Source of the DNA: Elsinoe ampelina
Lineage: Eukaryota
Assembly: GCA_010093995.1 (NCBI GenBank)
Contig: ML992531.1
Coordinates: forward strand, 1-63,967
Length of the DNA: 63,967 bases
Direction of reading: 5' to 3'
Shown here: positions 46,366 to 56,229 of the stretch, piece after piece
Position numbering within the stretch: position 1 is the first letter of the stretch
Layout: the number at the start of each line of letters is the position of its first letter
The notes under the pieces: model-generated
What the model was told of the DNA's origin: nothing
Seen by the model: the letters and a program-made list of their open reading frames with translations, nothing else
Databases searched by the model: none
Made by a program: the position numbers and the translations under genes

Positions 46366-47531
46366 ATGTCCCTCCAACGCCCCCAACAACTCGCCTCGAC
46401 CACGACAGACGAACACACAGGCGGCACCACCCTCTCCTCCCTCTACGGACACTACCACCACTCGCCCACCTCGACATGGCAATCGAGGACGGGAGCACAG
46501 CACAAGCGTACCGGAGCTGTAGCGCATGCCGTGATGGGCGACGTGTGTGGGGCCAACGCGATGATGAAACATACGGCGGGGACAGGAGGTGAGATTAGAC
46601 ACTTCTTTTTTTTTCCTTTTTTTGCGGATGGCGAGAGATCGACCGTGGATCTACTGTGTCTCTGGGTGAGAGTGGGGAGAATACTGATGGGGTGCTGATC
46701 ATGGCAGCTCGTTCGCCGGGTGCGCTCCCGCCGGGGACGCCTGGTGGTGTCACTTCACCTTCAGCTCGATCCGTACGGTCGCATGTGATGGGGTACCAGT
46801 CTGCGGTTATCCCGCCTGCGCTGAGGAGTCCGCCGACGTTGCCTCCTCGTGCGCCTCGACCTCTGGTGGTGAGACCCGAATGTGTCCCTGGGCGAAGGAC
46901 GGGTGGGGTCGAAGGTGTGGGGAGGCAGGTCTCGGCGCCGGGGCAGGTGTACACGCCCTCTTTCTATGGGGGTTCTCTGTCGTATGGGCGGACGACGTCG
47001 TTGTTGGGGCTCACGCCACGGCCGAGGAGGGATGTGTGCGAGGTGTTGGAGCTGGCGGAGATGATGAGATCTGGGCCGAAGGAGCTCGTAGGGAAGATGG
47101 TGATGGATAGTGCGGGTGAGGGCGAGGTGCGGCAGGGTAAGAAGGCGAGGCCGAGAGGTGTCTATCTTCCTCCGAGCATGTCGGCGCCTGTGTTCGGCAG
47201 TCCTGCGTCAGGGCCTACTCTGGTGTATTCTCCTGCGAAGCTGGCATCGTCGAGTACAGGCGGGAGCGCTCCAATGCCGTCATCGACTGGGACGAGATCG
47301 AGTCCATGTTCGCCGGAAAGAGCAGGTCAGGGTTTCAGCACCTTTGCTACTGTTGAGATGGGCGATGAGGCTGGACTGGACAGCACGATTGTGGAAGAGC
47401 GGGGAGCACAGAGGCGAATGACGCCGAGGAAGTAGATATTCCTTGCTGGTGGAGTAGCGCTGGTGTTGCTCGTCGTTGCTATCGCTGTGGTCGTGGCGTG
47501 GCGGTTCACGCCGAGGCCTGGTCGGGCCTGA
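46366..47531 (+). CDS. Orphan Pro/Ser-rich protein with C-terminal TM anchor behind an in-frame TAG (47433-47435); intron 46589-46707
   Basis: A GTGAGA..CTGAT..CAG intron joins two ORFs in phase; after RRMTPRK-TAG the frame reads IFLAGGVALVLLVVAIAVVVAWRFTPRPGRA-TGA. Confidence 0.6.
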
Positions 47532-47621
47532 GAGGATGCGGCTGCATGCCCATTAAGAGCGCGTGGTGTCGATGCTCCGCTGCTAGTGTCTTTGGATATT
47601 ACCGCAGTCTCAAGGAGCTCT

Positions 47622-48053
47622 TCACACTTTCTCTCCTATCCTGCGCTTCGGTAACGTCCATGGCTCAGCACAGACGACTTCTCCTTCCGTGTAAGCCCAG
47701 AAGTACACCGCCGTCGCAACCATGTAATACACCGCCGGATTCGTCGCCTGGTAGAGTAGCACACTCGCCATAGCAGCCAGTGGTAACCAGAACAGCCTCA
47801 GCTCGATACTCCCATGTATCGACGTGCCAGCCAGTAGCGGCAGTGGCCACTCGTATGCCAGACTCAGCAATGCGATGCCGAGATTGATCGTCTGGAGGAT
47901 GGGCCAGGGCTTGACGGCGCTATCGAGGGTTTTGGTCAGGAAATCGAAGAAGAATTTTGGCCAGAAGAAGGACTCGACTGCTGCGGCGAGCTGGTATGTG
48001 GCGGCGGTGAGGACGATGAGGCGCGCCCAGTGGTTCTTGATGAGCTTGCCCAT
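47622..48053 (-). CDS. noxD: NADPH oxidase subunit NoxD/Pro41 (p22phox homologue)
   Basis: MGKLIKNHWARLIVLTAATYQ..FFWPKFFFDFLTKTLD.AVKP.PILQ, EWPL, LYQATNPA, EGEVVC.EPWTLP. Confidence 0.9.
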   Translation of the reverse strand: MGKLIKNHWARLIVLTAATYQLAAAVESFFWPKFFFDFLTKTLDSAVKPWPILQTINLGIALLSLAYEWPLPLLAGTSIHGSIELRLFWLPLAAMASVLLYQATNPAVYYMVATAVYFWAYTEGEVVCAEPWTLPKRRIGEKV

Positions 48054-49186
48054 TGCCCTTGCGCAGGCAGAGATCGGTCAGAGATGGAGAATGCTATAAG
48101 TCGAGAACGAGGACAGGCATGTTGATGTACGGTTGCACAGGTGTGGGGTGCAGATGGTAGAGTTGGTCCGGGGGCCGGAGAATGGGAAGGGTGGCGTCGA
48201 TGTGGTTGTTCAAGTCGACATGTGCGATGGAGACGAGATAAAGATGGACGTGACGATGGCAGAGGCTATTGAAAGCCAAATTGCGTGGCCAAGAGGACGG
48301 GTTTGCTATGCGGGTTGCTTGGCCGGATGCTTGGGTGAGGGGTGGCTAAGGCTACGTGCCGCTGAGAGGTCAGGGACGTGGGCTTGGTATTGGGCTGTGT
48401 GGCTTTGATTCGCGCGTCGTTGGCCAATGGAGTGAAGGAGATGAGAGGGAGATCTGTGGGATGAGCGGGAGGAAAGTGCTTGCATATGCATGGGTTTTGA
48501 GGTTGCGGTAGGATTATAGAGAGTCTTTTTGAACTGCTTCGAATTCTCCTGCTGCATTTGAGGATTTTTGACCTGCGACCTACTGACTCTCAAGATAGAA
48601 CATACCGTACGTATGCGCGTCGCAGTGCTGTAGCAGCGATCACAAAGCAGGAATCAGTACATGGACAGACCGAGTGGCGGATTGGACGAGGACGAATGGT
48701 CACGGACAAGAGAGGTCGTTAAAGGGCCAGCGCTAAGGGAGCCAATCAGCTTTCCAGGACCAGGTTCTTCTCCTAGTCCGTCCCGCGTGACGCCAATCCA
48801 AATGAAGACTAGATCATATGCATCACATCTGTCGCCTCCAGCCAGTCAACTCTCGTCCCTTTCATAGCACCGCAATGGACTGTATTTGACCGCCCTTGGC
48901 CGTCCTAGTCATGCATCGCACATGTTGCTTGTGCGACTCTTGTGGCCAGCCAGGCAGCCGGATCTGGCCTGTACATTGTGCCGTTAATCAACGACACACT
49001 TGGCTGTCCGCGGCCCTAAAACTCGGCGTGGAAGGATCAGGGTGCATCGACCCTTGCGGATGATCTTTCGGTCTATACTGCCGGGCGTCTAGCTTTCGAC
49101 GACGTCTGTCTGTACGACTTCAGACATCTGCACTTCACAAAGTCAAGACGATATTCACCCGGCCGCGAGGCCTCAATCAACACACT

Positions 49187-50913
49187 ATGTCTTCGGACAG
49201 GCGTTTCTGGCGCGCACAATTCAGACCTCGGAAGCTCACCTTCTATCTGCTATTCCATGGCTTTCATGTCGGCATCTTCATCCTGGGCTGGTGGAAGCAA
49301 GTAACAGACAACCGGCTTGCTGCCCTCAACACGCTCAACTTCTCGGTCTGGTTCTCGCGCGGCGCCGGACTGGTACTCTCCGTCGATGTCCTGCTTATAT
49401 TACTACCCATGTGCCGGAATCTTCTGCGCATAGTCCGCCCCAAAGTACGGTATTTGCCACTGGACGAGTCGCAGTGGTTTCACCGGCAGTGTGCGTATTC
49501 GCTGCTCTTCTGGACGATTGTGCACACTGCTTCGCATTACGTCAATTTCTTCAATGTTGAGCGGTTTCAAATTCGACGAGAGGGTGCACTTCAGATCCAC
49601 TATGCCCAGGCCGGCGGCATCACGGGTCATGTCATGCTGTTCTGCATGTTCATGATGTACACGACTGCACATCACAAGATTCGACAGCAGTCGTACGAGA
49701 CGTTTTGGTATACGCATCATCTGTTCGTACCGTTCTTGCTGGCAATGTATACGCATGCTACTGGATGCTTCGTCAGGGACAGCGTGGAGCCATACTCGCC
49801 TTTTGCTGGGAAGAACTTTTGGCAGCATTGCATCGGCTATCAAGGCTGGAGATGGGAGCTCGTTGGTGGAGGTATCTATCTGGTCGAACGGATATACCGC
49901 GAAGTCCGCGCTCGAAGAAAGACCGAGATCATCAAAGTCGTCAAGCACCCCTATGGTAAGCCTACCCCAACGCCCTACCGGAGCAACACTAACCTCCACC
50001 AGACGCCGTAGAAATTCAATTCCGCAAGCCCTCCATGACCTACAAACCGGGCCAATGGCTCTTCCTCAACATCCCCTCCATCTCCGCCCACCAATGGCAC
50101 CCCTTCACCATCACCTCCTGCCCCTTCGACCCCTACATCTCCGTCCACGTCCGCCAAGTCGGCGACTTTACGCGCTCCCTCGCCGACGCTCTCGGCGCCG
50201 GCACCTCCCAATCCGAACTCTACGACGCCCTCGACCCGCTAGGCATGTACGAAGTCGCCCTCTCCAACGGCCAAGAGATGCCTGCCCTGCGCATCGACGG
50301 CCCCTACGGCGCCCCCGCCGAAGACGTCTTCGAGAACGAAGTCGCCGTGCTCATCGGCACCGGCATCGGCGTCACCCCCTGGGCCAGCATCCTCAAGAAC
50401 ATCTGGCACCTGCGCCTCAGCCCGAACCCGCCCAAACGCCTCCGCCGCGTCGAATTCATCTGGGTATGCCGCGACACGACGAGCTTCGAGTGGTTCCAAG
50501 CCCTCCTCAGCAGCCTGGAAGAACAGAGCCTCGAGCTCTCCCACCCGGACGCGGGCGGGGACGGGGTCGAGGTCCTGCGCATCCACACCTACTTGACGCA
50601 GGCTTTGGACGCGGACACGGCGCAGAATATCATCCTGAACAGCGTGGGGACGGAAAAGGATCCGTTGACGGAGCTGAGGAACAGGACGAATTTCGGACGG
50701 CCGGATTTGAAGAAGTTGTTGGGAGGGATGAGGGAGGGGTTGGTGAGGGGGGATTATTTGGGGGAGGAGTTTGCGAGGGAGAGGGCCGGGAGGGGGACAG
50801 AGGTGGGGGTTTATTTCTGTGGGCCGAGTAATGCTGCCAGGCAGATCAGGAGGGCGTGTAAGGAGTGTACGGGCGACGGGGTCAAGTTTAAGTTTTGGAA
50901 GGAGCATTATTGA
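49187..50913 (+). CDS. noxA: NADPH oxidase A (Nox1, gp91phox homologue); intron 49956-50002
   Basis: Short N-terminus (NoxA type), heme His motifs (WFHR, VHTASH, YTHHLF), QWHPFTITS, IDGPYGAP, IGTGIGVTP, VYFCGP, FWKEHY. Confidence 0.96.
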
Positions 50914-51117
50914 TGAGTGATGATATACCAGCGCCGGCAATGCATATCTTTGACTACTTGGAGTCTTGGGCATGAGTGTCTGGGTATTTCCTGGCTTGCT
51001 CTTGTGGCCCACGGTCGTCTCTTTTGGACGTGTATGTGCCGCTCTGCCTCCTGCTACTATCCTACATGACTCCGGCTCAACTTCTGCTGTTTCTGCGTTT
51101 CCCTGCAAGTGTGCCCT

Positions 51118-51527
51118 CTACCGTCCGAATCCTCCGCCCATACCTCCTCGTCCTCCTGCCGCGGCCTCACCCTGCATCTTCTCGGAAACCTTGATATTCG
51201 TCTCGAAAAACTTGGCCACGCATCGGTCGAGGCAGACTGACTCGCCCTTGTTGAGGTCGGCTTCGCGGTAGCTAGGTGGGATGCACTTCTTTGTGCAGGT
51301 CTCTTGGAGGCTTGTAATCATTAGCTGTTGCTATGCTGAAGTGGGAGTAGTGAATGAAGGTCCGTGGAGTACGCAAGGAGAGGACACAATCCCTACCAGG
51401 AGACTGATGAAGGGGTAATCTTGACTCACCGGTTGTACATGTCTGATACCATGTCTATCTCTGCTTCTGCGGCGGCGATCTTCTCCGCCGAGGAAGGCTG
51501 GGGGCGGCCACCGAAGAGGAATGACAT
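51118..51527 (-). CDS. TIM10: Mitochondrial import translocase small Tim; intron 51311-51429
   Basis: [62 protein letters not shown]. Confidence 0.94.
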
Positions 51528-52020
51528 TGCGTTGATTATTCGATTTGATTATTGTCTTTCGATGTTTGTAGAGAGCTGGATTGACAAGCGCCGAATGCCG
51601 TGTATCTGATGTATAGTTAATGTTTCTTGAAGGGCAGAACTGCTGTATGCGGTGATGGACGTCTGAAGCTCGGGCCACATGGAATTTTTTGGACGCTGCC
51701 ATGCTTCTGCGCAATTCATGATTTACTATACATAGACAACAAATTGATGATCCTGGTTGTCTCTTCCCTCGGAACGATAGTCGGAGGCCTTTACGGACTT
51801 GCTATCAACTGCAATCATGTTATGACACGTGAGTCGCCACAATATCTCCTACATCTCCACTTCCGCAAGATGAACAATGCAAAAGAACCGTTGCGAATGA
51901 CAACTCCGGTTGTTTGATTTCAACACCTTACCCATATCTGATGCCCTCAATTTCGTCCATGATCTCGAATTGGCACAGTGGATTCAACCTGACCTGTACA
52001 GCAAAAGTGCACCAGTTGCC

Positions 52021-53887
52021 ATGGATCTGTACCGATGCTTGAGGCCATGTCTGCAGTCCAGCATCAAGAGCAGTCCTTGTGCGGCGTATAGCAGGTTCTA
52101 CACAGCCAGCACGAGGCTTTTGAAGGACAAATCGCCCAAACATGGCAAGCCCGAAGCGCAGAGCGACTTTGACAAGCGCATCCAACTCCTTGAAACCCAC
52201 CAAGGCCCTTCATCGTCGTGGTATCCTCGATTGCACATGACTGGTCTCGTAGAGGCCCGGCCGCTACTGATTAAAAAGGTGGCGAAAGAGCTCGAACCTG
52301 GACAGACAGCTATGAGAACGCCATTAGCATTGCAAGGTATGCCAAGCTTCGATCTGAACGGCGACTGTACTTACGCTCGTTAGGGAGGGTCAAATCAGTC
52401 AGAGTGGCGTCCTCAAAGCTCCTCTTCATCGATGTGGAGCGAAGACAGCGGACCATGCAGCTTGTATGCAATTTCGGAAGATTGAACGACGATCCACCAG
52501 ATCGAGATGCAAAAGCAGCTTTTCGCAAAGCAGTACGCAGAGGCGACTGGATTTGTGCGTCAATCAGCTAATTCCACTGTTCTACTTACAGCTGACCATG
52601 TGCAGCTGTCACCGGCCTTGTCTACAAATCTCCCAGTGGTGAGCCTGGAATTTTGGCGACAGAGATACCTCGGATAGAGTCTCCATCCTTACGTCAGATA
52701 CCGACAGTGCTCGATGATGCAGAAACAAAAGCTAGAAAGCCACACGTCAGCATGCTGGTAGATCCTGCTGAATTACAGACCATCTCTATTCGGTCCAAGG
52801 TCGAACGACATCTCTTCTTGTACTTATCCGGAAACGGATTCATGAACGTGCGAACACCAATCTTGACGTCAGGTGCCGGCGGCGCAGTGGCGAAGCCCTT
52901 TGAGACCATGGCTACAGAGCTAGCCGACACCAAATTGAACTTGCGGATAGCGCCAGAGCTGTGGCTGAAGCGTTTGATGGTGGGAGGAGCCGACAAGGTG
53001 TTCGAGCTTGGTCCTGCGTTCAGAAACGAAGGTATAAAGCACGTTGAAGTGCATTGTCACGTACCTCTGACTCTCTCGTAGGCGTCGACAACACCCACAA
53101 TCCCGAATTCACCATGTGCGAATTCTACTCCGCATTCACCGACATCGAAACTCTGATGAACTGGACCGAAGCCTACCTCCACGACCTCTTCAAACATCTC
53201 AGCAGCAAAGTCGACGCAGGCGAAACCTCCCACCTTCCCGACAGCATCATCCACCGCACCTTCAACGGCACCCCTCTCGAGCCCTTTTTCCCCGACCACT
53301 TCCCTCGCCTCCGTTTCATCCCCACCCTCGAGCGCGAGATGGGCCGTCCCCTGCCGAACCTCACTTCCCCCACCACCTACCGCGACCTCACCAACCTCTT
53401 CCTCACCCTGAATCTTCCCCTTCCCAGTTCCCCCACCGTCCCCACCCTCCTCGACGCCCTCGCCTCCCACTTCCTCGAACCCCTCTGCACCGTCCCCACC
53501 TTCATCACCTCCCACCCCGCCGCCCTGTCCCCGCTGGCAAAATCCTACACCTGCTACAAGACAGGCCAACTCGTCTCCCCGCGAGCCGAATTGTTCATCG
53601 CCGGCCGGGAATACGCGAACATGTACGAGGAGGAAAACAGTCCGTTCGAGCAGCGGCGGAAGTTCGAGGAGCAGATCGCGTATCGCAGGCAGATCAAGCC
53701 GGATTTCCACGGCGAGGTGGACGAGAGTTACCTCGAGGCGTTGGAGTGGGGGTTGCCGCCGACGGGGGGTTGGGGAATGGGGGTGGATCGGTTGGTGATG
53801 CTTTTCGCGGGGAGGAGGAGGATAGGGGACGTCTTGCCGTTTGGGACGTTGCGGAATGTGGTGGGCATGAGGGGGAGGTGGAGGTGA
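52021..53887 (+). CDS. MSK1: Mitochondrial lysyl-tRNA synthetase; introns 52337-52383, 52555-52605, 53032-53081
   Basis: Presequence-like N-terminus, GAGGAVAKPF, LRIAPELWLKRL, FRNEG|VDNTHNPEFTMCEFY, WGLPPTGGWGMGVDRLVML. Confidence 0.93.
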
Positions 53888-54015
53888 TCTCTGCATGTGC
53901 CATTCCTGCGGCATTCCCAAGAAGGGACAATCTTGAAAAAATCTGTAGATTATGTATCATATAGACAACCTCACATTCCTCCTCCACACAGTCCTTTGTC
54001 TTCCTTCATCTACTG

Positions 54016-55707
54016 CTACTCAAGCATCCCCTGCACAGCCCTCACCACCTCCTCCGCCCTCTCAACCATAGGCAAATGCCCCGCCCCCTGCACCACGGTC
54101 AACTTCACCCCCTTGCCCCCCTTTCCATCCCCCAACGCCTCGGCCATCTTCCTCATCCCCTCCGGCAAAGCCCCATCCTGCGCTCCAACCAAGAACTCCC
54201 CCCTCGCTTCACACCCGCCCATCTCCTCCCTCAAATCGTACGCATAAAGCGCCTGCACGCTCGCCTTGAACCCTTCGAGCGAGTTACTGGCCACCATGCC
54301 CTTCACCTCCTCGATCTTCCGCGCCAGCTCAGGGGTGGAGTAAGATTCTTCCGGGAACCACCTGCGCACGGTGGCTTCGGCGAGGTTCTCCCCCACGACT
54401 TTCTCCGACGCGGACGAGGTGGTGGCGGTGTACGGATCCTGGTGTTCCTGGGACCCCGCGGCGGGGGTGGAACTCGGGTCTGATTCGGCCATCTCGATGC
54501 GCTCGCCCCATGCTTTGGGGTTGGAAGGCGGGGCGGAACTATTCGTGTCGCAGGCCAGGAAGGCAGGGACGCGGGAGGGGTGTTTGAGGCCGAGGTTGAG
54601 GGCTGTGGCGCCGCCTAGGGAGACGCCTATTGCGAGGGCGACGCGGGGGATGCGCAGGGCGTCGAGGAGGGTGATGGCGTCGGTGGTGAGGGTGTCGAGG
54701 GTGATGGGGGAGAGGGTGCCGGTGGAGGAGGTGCGGCCGCGGGTGAGGTAGCGGAGGATGCGGTAGGAGGGGTTGGAGGTGAGGAAGGAGGTGGTGAAGG
54801 TGGCGTAGATGTTGTGGTGGGTGAGGATGGAGTTGATGCAGAGGATGACGGGGGCGGTGGGGGAGGACGAGCCGGTGAGGTGGTATTGGAGTTTGGCGCC
54901 GTCGGGGGTGGTGATGTAGGATTCGAGGACGGGGGGGTTGGAGGGGATGGTGCGGGTGACGTTGACGGGGGAGTTCCAGGAGGAGACGCTAGAGAGGTGG
55001 CGTGGGGCGGGACCGAAGGTGTAGTAGTGGTTGTAGACTCGTCGGTGTTTGGAGGCGATTACCTCGTTGTTGACCTTGTGTGCCCACGGGGTTGTTGTTG
55101 CTGCCACGAACTCTGGGCCCCCCAGACCATTTTGTGGAGCGTACTCGTGTAGTGCCAGGTATTCTGTCACAGCACTCTTCTCAATAGACGAGGTCTTGAA
55201 TCTTCTGGTTCGCAGCCAACCTGGCACTTTCTGCAACATCCCAGTGTGCTCCTCCTCGTACCAACGTCCAATTTCTTCAGGGTCTTGGTCTGGCTTGACT
55301 GTGAATGCCACGTGCACCATCACATTGCCACCATCTTCACCTCCGATTCTCTCCAATGGCTGATAGTCGTCGGCCTTCCGATCGCTGAGCAGATCAAAGT
55401 TGCGACGGTTAATTTCGAGGTATGGTCGGATGTCGACTTCTCTTTGCGTCTGGACTGGAGGACCTCTCAGCTTCATGTACTCTTCCCCGTTCAACTTGTC
55501 CATATCGTCGAGATCATAGACTGCCATCCACTCGTGCTGTCCCTTGCCTGGACCATCCAGATCTGCTGCTCTGTACCGAAAGCCATTCTGGCAGAAGGAG
55601 AGGCGCAATCGCAATGGACCGTGCTCGTTGTTGTACCAGTCCTCGAATTGCTCGAACGGCAACTCAGGCTTCGGCTGCATCGTGACATAGAGTATTCCTG
55701 GTGCCAT
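54016..55707 (-). CDS. Two-domain protein: N-terminal dimeric alpha+beta barrel plus alpha/beta hydrolase (3-oxoadipate enol-lactonase / carboxymuconolactone hydrolase-like)
   Basis: WYNNEHGPLRL and WYEEEH..ML.KVPGWLRTRRF repeats; GVSLGG nucleophile elbow, VGAQDG, GAGHLPMVE. Confidence 0.8.
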   Translation of the reverse strand: MAPGILYVTMQPKPELPFEQFEDWYNNEHGPLRLRLSFCQNGFRYRAADLDGPGKGQHEWMAVYDLDDMDKLNGEEYMKLRGPPVQTQREVDIRPYLEINRRNFDLLSDRKADDYQPLERIGGEDGGNVMVHVAFTVKPDQDPEEIGRWYEEEHTGMLQKVPGWLRTRRFKTSSIEKSAVTEYLALHEYAPQNGLGGPEFVAATTTPWAHKVNNEVIASKHRRVYNHYYTFGPAPRHLSSVSSWNSPVNVTRTIPSNPPVLESYITTPDGAKLQYHLTGSSSPTAPVILCINSILTHHNIYATFTTSFLTSNPSYRILRYLTRGRTSSTGTLSPITLDTLTTDAITLLDALRIPRVALAIGVSLGGATALNLGLKHPSRVPAFLACDTNSSAPPSNPKAWGERIEMAESDPSSTPAAGSQEHQDPYTATTSSASEKVVGENLAEATVRRWFPEESYSTPELARKIEEVKGMVASNSLEGFKASVQALYAYDLREEMGGCEARGEFLVGAQDGALPEGMRKMAEALGDGKGGKGVKLTVVQGAGHLPMVERAEEVVRAVQGMLE

Positions 55708-56229
55708 GATGGGCGAAAATACTACGCCAGGTCCAACAGCGAGCGTTACTTGGTGTGATATAGGTGATGGCTCAATTGCAGCGTGACCGCACTTCCAAGA
55801 AAGGACAGCTTCTTCGCCGTACGTATATGTGTACTGTAAGAGACACTAATCGACGGACTGACCTCTTCGTTATATGTCCAAGTGCTGAACCACAATTGAC
55901 TTTGAGCTCTCCAACTGTTCGGAGTAATGTTCATTACCCAAATCCCGCGGTGCAATGCCGTGATGTCAATTGCTTGCCCCGCTGTGCCCCTCCAACGGAG
56001 CAAAAGGAATGTGGAGCCGACTTTACCCGACCACAAGTTTGATCACGTGATCGTTCTTCGTGTTGTCGACCTCGCGGTGCCACCAAGAAGCATCTTGCCA
56101 AATGCAATGAAGTAATCAAATCGGTGAGCGTCTTCATGTAAAGCGTTCTCATCATAACGCCGTTGGTCTAAAGTACAAGTCTCATGTCCTTTTATACTAC
56201 ACGTGTCTCTCCATGCCAATACACCTTCG

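Noticed and set aside
39594..47531. RIP as the sole cause of the in-frame TAGs
   Set aside because: These genes retain abundant CpA/TpG and other TGG codons, are ~38 kb from the RIP-like block, and show no CAA/CAG-derived stops. It is not formally excluded but fits poorly.
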